Assembly: GCA_963702005.1 (NCBI GenBank)
Contig: OY969696.1
Span: 3,552,001-3,616,000, forward strand
From: Candidatus Aminicenantes bacterium
Lineage (GTDB): Bacteria; Acidobacteriota; Aminicenantia; Aminicenantales; JAFGBC01
Length of the DNA: 64,000 nt
Direction of reading: 5' to 3'
The translations under genes were made by a program, and so were the position numbers. Each line of letters opens with the position of its first letter. The stretch's first letter is position 1. Under the pieces are notes generated by a model. The model saw only the letters and a program-made list of their open reading frames with translations. It searched no databases and had not been told where the DNA came from. Positions 9,916 to 19,139 of the stretch are shown piece by piece.

Positions 9916-11487
9916 CTAGGACAGGAGCTTTCTCTTCTTCGCCCAACGCTCGCGGAGCCGGATCGAATCCACGCCCAGGCAGTTCCCTTTCGAGAACGGG
10001 TTTCGGCCTACGCACTCGAAGCGGAGGGTATGGGTCCCGGCCGGAAGCTTGAAGCTTCCCAGATAGTACTCCCCAACCTCCAGGTTCGGCGCATAGAGGT
10101 CGAAGTCCTCGAGGCGCTGCCCCGCTGCGGCGCCCTCCGGGGCGCGGACGTTCTTCCCGTCCAGGAAGATCCTCCAGATGCCGTAGTCGTCCGCCCGGGT
10201 GAGGTCCAACACCAAGCCCCGGTACTCCTCCCGTTCGACCTTGAAGTCGAGCTCGATGACGGGCATATCCGCCGCCGGCATAAAAAGGACCTGGCCTTCC
10301 CCCGTCCAGTCATAGCCTTTCTGGAGCTCGAGGACGCCGGCCGAGTGCCGGGCCGTCCCCAGGAGGTCCTTCCCCTCGAGGACGATATCCAGGTTGGGAA
10401 AGCGGCGCTGGGCCAAGGGGGGAATCGGGCTGAACCGTTTGGGCTGGCCGGCCTGGTACCAGAAAGCCACGGTCGCGATGTCGTCCTCGCGCTCGACGTG
10501 GCCCTCGATCTTGCCGCTCTCGGTCTCGTCGGCCGAGATCCAGCCCTTGTGCTCGATCTCGAAGCGCAGGGATTTCTCGAACCGGACCGGGTCGGGGATG
10601 TGCCAGCGGTAGAGCGAATAGCGGACGCCCAGGTCGTCGGCTCCCATGCTCATGTAGGTGCACCCGAAATAGGGATAGAGGGCCTCGTTGAGCCCCCAGG
10701 CCATCAGAAAATAATCCTCGGTGCCGGTGCCCTGGACGGAGGGCTTGGCGTCGCCGTCAACGTAGAACTTGGCGTCCCCCTCTCCGAACCAGAGCGGACT
10801 CCGGGCGCGGGCGGACATGACCGTCCCCACGTACTGGCCGCGGCCTTCCGCGTCGAGGACGAGATAGTCGCCGCCCGTCTTTTCGGGCAACTCCTGACGG
10901 TATTGGGCGCAGAAGTAGGCCGTATCCGCGGGGAGGGCGGCCTCCTCGGCGTAATCGATATGATAATAGAAGGAGCGAACGTTCTTGGCGCCTTCGTTCG
11001 TGATGGTGATCTTGGCTCTCTTATGGAACGGCATCGGCCAGAAGCAATTGTAGCCGTCGCCGCTCTCGACCATGACCGGGAGCGAGTTCAACTCGCGGCG
11101 AAGTCCGAACCCGGCGCCGAAGAAATCGCCCAGGGGCGCCTCGACCGCGGGTTCCTTCCCATCGTCCCAGTACATGCGGAGGACGATCTCGTCCGGAGCC
11201 GCCGACCCGTTCGCCTCGAGCCAGTTCGGCCGCGCCTCGCTGAAGGTGAGCCAGATATGGCGGATGACGCCCGGCCCTTTGAGGTCGGCCAGGACCCTGG
11301 TCTCGCCCGGAACGACGTATTTGATCCGGTCGGCGTTGCTGTTCGGGTTGGGATCGGCCGAGGTCACGGCCCGCGACCGGCCTGGTTTCAGGGTCATCAG
11401 ACCCGTAAGGTCCTGCGCGGACGCAGAACCAACCCCTAGAAGAATAAGGGACATCATCCCATAACGCAATACTCGTAAGCGTCTCAT
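9916..11487 (-). CDS. DUF2961 / GH172-like glycoside hydrolase, secreted
   Basis: GPGVIRHIW, APLGDFFG, NCFWPMPF, WFGEGD, GTGTEDYF, YRWHIPDPVRF motifs; GGAGGA RBS. Confidence 0.85.
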   Translation of the reverse strand: MRRLRVLRYGMMSLILLGVGSASAQDLTGLMTLKPGRSRAVTSADPNPNSNADRIKYVVPGETRVLADLKGPGVIRHIWLTFSEARPNWLEANGSAAPDEIVLRMYWDDGKEPAVEAPLGDFFGAGFGLRRELNSLPVMVESGDGYNCFWPMPFHKRAKITITNEGAKNVRSFYYHIDYAEEAALPADTAYFCAQYRQELPEKTGGDYLVLDAEGRGQYVGTVMSARARSPLWFGEGDAKFYVDGDAKPSVQGTGTEDYFLMAWGLNEALYPYFGCTYMSMGADDLGVRYSLYRWHIPDPVRFEKSLRFEIEHKGWISADETESGKIEGHVEREDDIATVAFWYQAGQPKRFSPIPPLAQRRFPNLDIVLEGKDLLGTARHSAGVLELQKGYDWTGEGQVLFMPAADMPVIELDFKVEREEYRGLVLDLTRADDYGIWRIFLDGKNVRAPEGAAAGQRLEDFDLYAPNLEVGEYYLGSFKLPAGTHTLRFECVGRNPFSKGNCLGVDSIRLRERWAKKRKLLS

Positions 11488-11616
11488 AACTCCTCCCCAT
11501 CGAAAGCGATTCCAGGCCAAATTATCCCAAGGTGTTCGCTAAGTCAACTCGGAGGGAAAGCCATCGAAAAAAAAGACGCGGGTATTTATTTCGGGAAGTC
11601 GAACTCCTCCGGAAAT

Positions 11617-11669
11617 AATTCAGGGGACACACGACTTAATTCCAAATTAAGTCGTGTGTCCCCTGAATT
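11617..11669. repeat. Perfect 25-bp-arm palindrome (REP/MITE-like hairpin)
   Basis: AATTCAGGGGACACACGACTTAATT-cca-AATTAAGTCGTGTGTCCCCTGAATT. Confidence 0.85.
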
Positions 11670-11675
11670 CTTATC

Positions 11676-11704
11676 TTGACAAGCGGAGGCGGCTTTCCTA
11701 TAAT
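11676..11704 (+). promoter_or_regulatory. Consensus sigma70 promoter for the leader/trpB2 transcript
   Basis: TTGACA (11676-11681), 17-nt spacer, TATAAT (11699-11704). Confidence 0.85.
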
Positions 11705-11711
11705 GCCCCGC

Positions 11712-11810
11712 ATGAAGTCGTTGCGCTTGGAAGAAAACACGGGAGCGCCCGCTCTCGCCCTGCTCCAGGCGTCCTTCTCTTTCTGGTGGGCGGACCCCTC
11801 CGCCCTGTAA
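11712..11810 (+). CDS. Putative Trp-sensing leader peptide, 32 aa (MKSLRLEENTGAPALALLQASFSFWWADPSAL)
   Basis: ATG at the expected TSS of the consensus promoter; tandem TGG TGG at 11784-11789; directly upstream of trpB2. Confidence 0.7.
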   Translation: MKSLRLEENTGAPALALLQASFSFWWADPSAL

Positions 11811-11888
11811 CATCACCCCTCTACTATCTTTTTTACCAGGTCATTCCTCCCGCGAGGACCATTCCCGGAAAGAAAAGGAGTTACAACG

Positions 11889-13181
11889 ATGACACGTTTC
11901 GCGACACGCAAACCCGAATATCTTCCCAAGGCCTACTACAACCTCAAGGCCGACCTCGAGGAGCTGCCCAAACCTCCCCTCCACCCGGGGACGGGGCAAC
12001 CGCTCGACCCCAAAGACCTCGAGGTCATCTTCCCCAAGGGCTTCATCGCCCAAGAGATCTCGGTCGAGCGCGAGATTCCCATCCCCGGCGAAGTCCGCGA
12101 GGCCTACGCTCAGTTCAGGCCGACGCCACTCGTCTTTGCCTCCGGCCTCAAGAAATACCTCGAGACGCCGGCCGATATCTTTTACAAATACGAAGGCGTC
12201 AGCCCGACCGGCAGCCATAAGTCCAACACGGCCCTCGCCCAGGCCTATCTGGCCTCCCGGGAAGGCGTCCGGACCCTGACGACCGAGACCGGCGCCGGGC
12301 AGTGGGGCTCGGCCCTCGCCCACGCCGGCGCCCTATTCGACATCGAGGTCAAGGTGTTCATGGTCCGGGCCAGCTACCGCCAGAAGCCGGGCCGCATAAC
12401 CCTGATGAAGCTCTTCGGCGCCACCGTCGAGGAAAGCCCGAGCCCGTTCACGGATTCAGGACGGGCCTTCTACGAGAAAGATCCCGACCACCCCGGAAGC
12501 TTGGGCATCGCCATATCCGAGGCCGTCGAGCTCGCCCTCAAGAACCAGGGCACGACCAAGTACTCGCTGGGCTCGGTCCTGGACACCGTCCTCATGCACC
12601 AGACCGTCATCGGTCAGGAGGCCGTCCTGCAGATGGACGAGCTCGGCGCGCGGCCCGATCTGGTCGTCGGATGCGTCGGCGGCGGGTCGAATTTTTCGGG
12701 ACTCGCCTTCCCCTACGTCCGGAAGAGGATCAAGGACAAGGCGGACATCCGTTTCCTGGCCGTCGAGCCCGACGCCTGCCCGTCGCTGACCAAGGGTGAA
12801 CTCCGCTACGACCACGGCGACGCCTCGGGGCTGACGCCCCTCCTCTACATGTACACGCTGGGCATGGGTTTCGTGCCGCCGCCCATTCACGCCGGAGGCC
12901 TCCGCTATCACGGCATGGCGCCGCTCGTCAGCCACCTCGTCGACAAAGGCATCGTCGAGGCCCGGGCGGTCTCTCAGCCCGAAGTCTTCGAGGCGGCCCG
13001 GGTCTTCCTCCGGACCGAGGGCATCCTCCCCGCGCCCGAATCCGCCCACGCCGTGGCCGCCGTCATTGAGGAGGCGCTGGCCGCCCGTAAAAACGGCCGG
13101 AAAAGGACGATCCTCTTCAACTTGTCGGGGCACGGCTTCCTCGATATGAGCGCATACGAGACCAACGGAAAATCCCGCTGA
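11889..13181 (+). CDS. trpB2: Tryptophan synthase beta-like protein, TrpB2 type
   Basis: YKYEGVSPTGSHK (PLP Lys), TETGAGQWG, GSLGIAISEA, GCVGGGSN, HAGGLRYHG, APESAHA. Confidence 0.92.
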   Translation: MTRFATRKPEYLPKAYYNLKADLEELPKPPLHPGTGQPLDPKDLEVIFPKGFIAQEISVEREIPIPGEVREAYAQFRPTPLVFASGLKKYLETPADIFYKYEGVSPTGSHKSNTALAQAYLASREGVRTLTTETGAGQWGSALAHAGALFDIEVKVFMVRASYRQKPGRITLMKLFGATVEESPSPFTDSGRAFYEKDPDHPGSLGIAISEAVELALKNQGTTKYSLGSVLDTVLMHQTVIGQEAVLQMDELGARPDLVVGCVGGGSNFSGLAFPYVRKRIKDKADIRFLAVEPDACPSLTKGELRYDHGDASGLTPLLYMYTLGMGFVPPPIHAGGLRYHGMAPLVSHLVDKGIVEARAVSQPEVFEAARVFLRTEGILPAPESAHAVAAVIEEALAARKNGRKRTILFNLSGHGFLDMSAYETNGKSR

Positions 13182-13221
13182 GAGGGAGGGATGATGTCCG
13201 GCGGCTTAGCGACGGTATTCG

Positions 13222-15726
13222 TTATTCCGATTTCTCTTCCCGGGCTGAGACCGTCCCGTCCCGAGCTTCGATCCGATAAAGCTTGCCACCGAAGGGGATG
13301 CGCCGCATGACGATCGTCGCCTTGAGACCCGTGCCTTGCGCGGGCTCCGGTTTCAAATCGCCCCTTACATCGGCAAGAGCTTCGACGCCTATGAGGCACA
13401 GCAGGGTCCCCCAGGTGTAATGCGGTGCGGCGCCGACGCCCCCGTCCGTGCTGCGGTAGTTCTCGCCGCTCTGGCGCTTGTCTCGCCAGTTGCGCATGAA
13501 AAGCTCGACCGAACGGCGCGCGAATTCCGCCCTACGCTCCGGGGCAGCATAGCGCCGGACGCCCTGCCAGACCAGGTAGTTGGCGGGGGGCCAGACATAG
13601 CCCCGCCAGTAATGCTGTGTCGGCCAGACGGGATCGTCGAAAGCCACCGTGGGCACGAGCCAGGGAAGCCAGAACTTGTCCTCACGGTAGAGCCAGGCCA
13701 GGACTCGCTCCGCGCGCTTGGCGTCGGGCGCGCCGCAGATGAGCGGGTAGAAGTTCATGGGCGTCAGCCTGGTCAGCCAATCGCTTCCTGGAATGCCGGG
13801 AGACAGCGGACTGACGGTCAGGCGGAGCGATGCCGGTTCCTTGTCCCGAAAATATTCGACGACTACGGGGCGAGTTTCCCCGGCCTCAAGACGGACATCG
13901 CCGGAAGCGGGCTCTCCCATCCCGCCCTTCCAGGTGTCGACCAAGAGTTCGCCGCCGACAAAGAGGCGCGCGCCGTCGACGGCGTCGATAATAAAGCGAT
14001 AAAGGCCGGACGCGGGCGGCGTGAAGGTCCCGGTCCAGCGGGCCGCCCAGCGGCCGGCGGGGATGCCTCCGGCCGGGCTGGATTCGCCCCAGTTGAAATC
14101 GAGCCGGACGTCATTCCTGCCGGCCGCTTCTCCACTCAATATCCAGTCGCGAAAAAATTCAGCCTTGAACCCGCCCTTAAACGCCAACTGCGGCAGGAGG
14201 GCCGGACCCGCGGCCAGCGGTACGTCCCAAAGACGGCTGCAGTAGATCCCCAGTTCGTCATTCCAGAGTCGCTTGTTGATCCGCTCGTTCATGGCGTCGC
14301 GCTCGGCCCGGAATCGGGCGGCGTCTCCGGTTTTACCCAGAGCATCGGCGATCAGGGCCAGGTTCTCGGCATCCATGGACCACAAAGCATTGAGATCCAC
14401 GGCGTCTGCGTTCATGGCCGAGCCCGCCATGGCCGTCCCTTCAAAATGGACGTTGTCGTCCCAGCCCGTCTCGAACTGGGCGCCCTGCCACCATCCCTGC
14501 TCCGATCCCCACTCGAGAAGGCCGTTGCGGTTTCCGTCGCGCGCGGCCGGCCACCAGTCGTGCCAGCGGACGAGCTTCGGGTAGACCCCGGCTAGGAAGG
14601 CCTTGTCCGGCCAGCGCTGGTGCATTTTCCAGACGCAGAGGGACCCGACCGGAGGCATGGACCGATGCAAAGTCACGTAGGTGTTGTTCTCGGCGCCCCA
14701 GTGGGAAAAGCTGGGGATGAAGCCGGCCGGCGTCTGAAAGGAGAGCACGGCCCGGACGGTGTCGCGGCCACCCCCGGGATCATCGAAGCCGGCCAGCAGG
14801 CCGTGAAAGAAATAATCCCAGAGAAAATAAGGATAGAGGTCGGCGTTTCCCTCGAAATCGCTCTGGTGGGACAGCCACCAGCCGCGTCCGCAGGCGTGGG
14901 CGATCCGGCCGTTGTCGCTCCCGTAAAGCCGGGCGTTGTTCAGGACATCGCCCATCGCGCCCAGAAAATCGCCCCAGTCGCCTTCGGCCGCGGGGCGGCG
15001 CGCCGTATAGCGCTCGGCGGCGGCCCGGAGGCTTTTCTCGATTCCCTCTAAAGGCGGAGCTGCGCCGACGCCGGCGGCAAACCGGACGGGCTTCCGCGGC
15101 TCAAGGGCGAGGACGACCTCGGCCTCGGGCGTCCAGTTCGCCCGGACCTGGGCGGGAGGCGGGCTCGTCCGGAAAACGAACGGGATATAGGCGCCGCGCG
15201 GCGCGATCCCGTATCCTTCGATGCCGTCGGGGGCGGCCTTGTAAATCGTGTGGAATTGAAGCCATGTCTTGGGCAGGCGTAGAGACAGGGAAGTCGGGCG
15301 GTCGGTTTCGATTATACCTATGACGCCCGCCGCGCCGGATCGCCCCCAGCTGAAGCGGACCGTCGCGTCCGCCTGCCGGAATTCGGCCCGGACATACGAG
15401 AAGTCGGGCGCGGCCGTTCCCGGCGCCATGAGCGCGGCGTCCCTGGCGGCGTATCTCGATTTCAGGCCGGGGTCGTCCCAAACCGGGTCGATAAGGAAGG
15501 CCGTTTCATCGTCGACGATGATGGCGATTCCGTAGGGGGCTTCGACGAAATAGTTGCCGATCTTTACCGATGCTGCCCCGATTTCCTTCACGGCCATATG
15601 ACTTCGGGCGTTTCTGCCGCCCTCTCCCCGCCGGCTGATTCCGGCCAGAAGGAACGGCAGAAGGACCATCAACCCACCGATCAGGATTCTGCGCTTGTTT
15701 ATCATGGCCTTTAACCTCATGGGCAT
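13222..15726 (-). CDS. MGH1/GH63-like glycoside hydrolase with inserted PA14 domain
   Basis: FLWDYFF, ETGWDD, YWRGYVWPP, GENY catalytic-barrel motifs; PA14-like segment (LDFNWG...WAARWTG...DGARL). Confidence 0.75.
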   Translation of the reverse strand: MPMRLKAMINKRRILIGGLMVLLPFLLAGISRRGEGGRNARSHMAVKEIGAASVKIGNYFVEAPYGIAIIVDDETAFLIDPVWDDPGLKSRYAARDAALMAPGTAAPDFSYVRAEFRQADATVRFSWGRSGAAGVIGIIETDRPTSLSLRLPKTWLQFHTIYKAAPDGIEGYGIAPRGAYIPFVFRTSPPPAQVRANWTPEAEVVLALEPRKPVRFAAGVGAAPPLEGIEKSLRAAAERYTARRPAAEGDWGDFLGAMGDVLNNARLYGSDNGRIAHACGRGWWLSHQSDFEGNADLYPYFLWDYFFHGLLAGFDDPGGGRDTVRAVLSFQTPAGFIPSFSHWGAENNTYVTLHRSMPPVGSLCVWKMHQRWPDKAFLAGVYPKLVRWHDWWPAARDGNRNGLLEWGSEQGWWQGAQFETGWDDNVHFEGTAMAGSAMNADAVDLNALWSMDAENLALIADALGKTGDAARFRAERDAMNERINKRLWNDELGIYCSRLWDVPLAAGPALLPQLAFKGGFKAEFFRDWILSGEAAGRNDVRLDFNWGESSPAGGIPAGRWAARWTGTFTPPASGLYRFIIDAVDGARLFVGGELLVDTWKGGMGEPASGDVRLEAGETRPVVVEYFRDKEPASLRLTVSPLSPGIPGSDWLTRLTPMNFYPLICGAPDAKRAERVLAWLYREDKFWLPWLVPTVAFDDPVWPTQHYWRGYVWPPANYLVWQGVRRYAAPERRAEFARRSVELFMRNWRDKRQSGENYRSTDGGVGAAPHYTWGTLLCLIGVEALADVRGDLKPEPAQGTGLKATIVMRRIPFGGKLYRIEARDGTVSAREEKSE

Positions 15727-15818
15727 TCTATCCGAATTCAGGCCTCCCAACCAAGGCCGGACTTTCGTCCAGAACCTTCGCGGGGCGGATTTCGTATAGC
15801 TCTATGGAGGTACCCACC

Positions 15819-16532
15819 ATGACACGGAATACCCGATTAGCGGCGCTCGCTGTTTTGACGATAGTGGCTGCCGTCGCGGCCTGCGAACACGTCTCCGATA
15901 CGCGGACGGAACGCAAGGCCGTGGACTTGGGCGGAGCGACCTCCGCCGAAGTCCGGATCAAGATGGGGGCGGGCGAGCTCCAACTGGAGGGCGGCGCCCC
16001 CGGCCTCATGGACGCTTCCTTCACGACCAACGTCCGGCGTTGGGAGCCCCGGATCGAATACGACGTCTTCGGGGGCAAAGGCCGGCTCTCGGTCGCGCAG
16101 AGGAGGGGGGGCGGCGTGTTCCTGGGCCGCTCCAAGAACGAATGGGACATCCGCCTGGGCGGCGCCGTTCCGATCGACCTCGAAGTCGGCCTCGGCGCGG
16201 GCGAGAGCAAGCTCGACCTGCGCGGTCTCGACCTCCGCTCCCTCGAGATCAACATGGGCGTCGGCGAGATGAAGCTCGACCTCAGCGGCGTCCTCAAGCA
16301 GAGCCTCCGGGCCACGATCGACGGCGGCGTCGGCCACGGGACGATCGTCCTCCCCCGCGATGTCGGCGTCAAGGTCGAAGTCGACGGCGGGCTGGGCTCG
16401 ATCGACGCCCACGGCCTGACCAAGGTCGGCCGCGGCCATGTCTATACCAACGACGCTTACGGACGGTCGCAGATCACGCTCGAGCTCAAGATCGACGCCG
16501 GGATCGGCAGCATCGACCTTAGGGTGCTCTGA
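15819..16532 (+). CDS. Lipoprotein of toast-rack / DUF2154 (LiaF-like) family
   Basis: Lipobox AVAAC; repeated GxGE/GxGS beta-solenoid motifs; GGAGG RBS. Confidence 0.7.
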   Translation: MTRNTRLAALAVLTIVAAVAACEHVSDTRTERKAVDLGGATSAEVRIKMGAGELQLEGGAPGLMDASFTTNVRRWEPRIEYDVFGGKGRLSVAQRRGGGVFLGRSKNEWDIRLGGAVPIDLEVGLGAGESKLDLRGLDLRSLEINMGVGEMKLDLSGVLKQSLRATIDGGVGHGTIVLPRDVGVKVEVDGGLGSIDAHGLTKVGRGHVYTNDAYGRSQITLELKIDAGIGSIDLRVL

Positions 16533-16601
16533 GGGACCGGAGATCCCTTCGGCGTTTTCACGGCCTTGTCTTGGCCGGCGCGGATGTGATATAAACGAGC
16601 C

Positions 16602-16943
16602 ATGAAGCCCGACCAGGCCCGCCGCGAGAAACTGGCCGACATCCTCCACCCGACGACGGAAGCCCAGTCGTTCCGGATCACGATCGTCTTTGGGTACAAG
16701 ATGACTTCCGACTACGAGAAAGCGGTCGCCCTCGCCAAGACCAACCCGACCTACACGGAGGAGGGCGAGGGAGAATGGATCCGCCGCTCGGCGACCTTTA
16801 CGCCCGAGAGCGTCGACGACCTGTTCGACCTCTTCAACCTGGTCCACGACTGGGACACGACCGAGGTCCTGGTCAATCACAAGAAAATCCCCTACGGCCA
16901 TCAGCTCTGGCTCCCCTTGATGTGGTTCTACCGCATCAAGTAA
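16602..16943 (+). CDS. Hypothetical protein
   Basis: 113-aa ORF with genome-typical codon usage; extended -10 six nt before ATG. Confidence 0.65.
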   Translation: MKPDQARREKLADILHPTTEAQSFRITIVFGYKMTSDYEKAVALAKTNPTYTEEGEGEWIRRSATFTPESVDDLFDLFNLVHDWDTTEVLVNHKKIPYGHQLWLPLMWFYRIK

Positions 16944-17046
16944 TCTCGACCGCCGTGTTTTCCCACCCGCATTTGACCCGCTGTCCGATCTGTGGTATTA
17001 GTCTCAATTCTCCCCTTGGAGACGATCTCTCCGGAGGGAGCGAGGC

Positions 17047-17718
17047 ATGATCGAGAGACGTAAGCTTTTGTCCGCGGTCGTCGTCGTCTCCTTGGCCGTC
17101 TGCCTGGATGTCCTCGCGCCCCCGAGGCTGGAAGCCGACGGGAAGTCCAAACAGGGATTCTTCCTGAGCGCCCTGGGAGTCCAGACGAGCCTGGGGGGCG
17201 ACCTGGACGGAAAGACGTCCATCTCGGACGGTCAAGAGACGTTTCTCGTCCCGAAGATCAACCGGGCCGCCGGCTACGGCCTGAGCCTGGGCCACCGCGC
17301 CGAGACCTTCTCCCAGGAGATCAGCTATTATCAAGTCGAGCATACCCTGGTCTGGAAAGATCTCGGCTCCAAGGCGACCTCTCACTGGCTGGAATACGTC
17401 CCGAAGTTCTACTTGACCACGCGGAGCGCCCTCCAGCCCTTCACCTCGTTGGCCGTAAGCTATATGTGGCTGACCGCCGAGAACTGCTCGTCGCTGGGAG
17501 GGAAAACCGGGAACGCCACCTATTACGGCTTGGGCCTCAACCTCTCGGGCGGGCTCTCGCTTTACCTCCATCCCCAGCTCGCCCTCCAGGGCTCCGGAGG
17601 CTACAGGATTCTCATGGTGGGCCGCGTCAAGGGCGTGAGCGGAAAGGCCCAGACGATCGAGAAGACGATCTGGGCCGACGGCCCCTCTTTCTCCGGCTGT
17701 CTAACGTTTACTTTTTAA
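17047..17718 (+). CDS. Outer-membrane beta-barrel (OmpA/OmpW-like) protein
   Basis: Signal peptide, amphipathic beta-strands, C-terminal Phe (LTFTF). Confidence 0.65.
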   Translation: MIERRKLLSAVVVVSLAVCLDVLAPPRLEADGKSKQGFFLSALGVQTSLGGDLDGKTSISDGQETFLVPKINRAAGYGLSLGHRAETFSQEISYYQVEHTLVWKDLGSKATSHWLEYVPKFYLTTRSALQPFTSLAVSYMWLTAENCSSLGGKTGNATYYGLGLNLSGGLSLYLHPQLALQGSGGYRILMVGRVKGVSGKAQTIEKTIWADGPSFSGCLTFTF

Positions 17719-19097
17719 ATCTCTTCGAGACGGGCGGTGAAGTGGCGGAGGAAGGGGGATTGGCGGATAATGCGCAAGCCGCGGATCTTGGCCTTGACCT
17801 TGGCGACCCGAGTGAACGCGTCCGCGACGGCGTTGAGGTGGGACACGGTATAGACGCGGCGCGGGACGGCCAGCCGGACCATTTCGAGCTCAGGGTAGAC
17901 CTCACGCCCCGTCCGCGGATCTTTTCTTCCGAACATGACGCCCCCGATCTCGACGGCCCTGATGCCGGCCTCCCGATACAGGGCGAGGGTCAGGGCCCAC
18001 CCCGGATAGCGGTGCCTGGGGATGTGAGGCAGGAAGCGGTCGGCTAAAACATAGACGGCGTGGCCGCCCACGGGCTTGACGATGGGAACGCCCCGCTCTT
18101 CGAGGAGCTTTCCCAGGTAGGCGACGTGGCCGGTCCGGTATTCGAGGTAATCCTCGTCGAGGACCTCTTCCAGGCCTTGGGCCATGGCTTCCAAGTCGCG
18201 GCCGGCCAGCCCGCCGTAGGTCGGAAAACCCTCGCTGATGATGAGGGCGTTCTTGAGCCGCTCGGCCAGCCCGTCGTCGTTGAGGGTCAGGAACCCGCCG
18301 ATGTTGACGAGGGCATCCTTCTTGGCGCTCATGGTCGCCCCGTCGGCGTGCGAGAACATCTCGCGGGCGATCGCCAGGATGGACTTCCGCCCGTAGCCCT
18401 TCTCGCGCCGCTTGATGAAGTAGGCGTTCTCGGCGAAGCGGCAGGCGTCGAAGAAGAAGGGGATCCGGTGCCGCCGCAGGAGGCGGCCGACCTCGCGGAT
18501 ATTGGCCATGGACACGGGCTGCCCGCCCCCGCTGTTGTTGGTGATCGTCATCATGGACAGCGGGATCCGCTTGGCGCCCTTTCTCCCGATAAAGGCCGCA
18601 AGCTTGGCCGTGTCCAGGTTGCCTTTGAAGGGCGCGTCGAGGTCGGGATCGCCGGCCTCCGCGACGACAAGATCGACGGCCTCGCCGCCGCGGACCTCGA
18701 CGTTGGCCCGGGTCGTGTCGAAATGGATATTGTTGGGGACGGCGTCTCCTTTTTTCAGGAGCGTTTCGAACAGGATCCGTTCGGCGGCCCGGCCCTGGTG
18801 GGTGGGGATGACGTGCTTGAACCCGAAGATCCGCTTGACGGCGGCCTCAAACCGGAAGAAGCTGCGGGCCCCGGCGTAAGACTCATCGCCGACCATGAGC
18901 GCGGACCACTGGCGGTCGCTCATGGCCGAGGTCCCCGAGTCGGTCAGGAGGTCGATGAAGACCTTATCGGCCGGGATGGCAAAGACGTTGAGGCCGGCCG
19001 CCCTCAAAGCTTTTTCGCGCTCGGCGCGCGGGGTCCGGCGGATGGGCTCGACGGTCTTGATCTTAAACGGCTCGACGGGCATCCGCTGCTCCGGCAT
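17715..19097 (-). CDS. tnaA: Tryptophanase (beta-eliminating lyase family)
   Basis: EPFKIKTVE, IDLLTDSGT, THQGRAAE, MSAKKD PLP motif, EGFPTYGGL, LRHFTAR; SAKKD favours tryptophanase over tyrosine phenol-lyase. Confidence 0.8.
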   Translation of the reverse strand: MPEQRMPVEPFKIKTVEPIRRTPRAEREKALRAAGLNVFAIPADKVFIDLLTDSGTSAMSDRQWSALMVGDESYAGARSFFRFEAAVKRIFGFKHVIPTHQGRAAERILFETLLKKGDAVPNNIHFDTTRANVEVRGGEAVDLVVAEAGDPDLDAPFKGNLDTAKLAAFIGRKGAKRIPLSMMTITNNSGGGQPVSMANIREVGRLLRRHRIPFFFDACRFAENAYFIKRREKGYGRKSILAIAREMFSHADGATMSAKKDALVNIGGFLTLNDDGLAERLKNALIISEGFPTYGGLAGRDLEAMAQGLEEVLDEDYLEYRTGHVAYLGKLLEERGVPIVKPVGGHAVYVLADRFLPHIPRHRYPGWALTLALYREAGIRAVEIGGVMFGRKDPRTGREVYPELEMVRLAVPRRVYTVSHLNAVADAFTRVAKVKAKIRGLRIIRQSPFLRHFTARLEEI

Positions 19098-19139
19098 GAT
19101 CTCCTCCTGCGCTCGCGCGATTCCGCGCTCGATCCTCGT

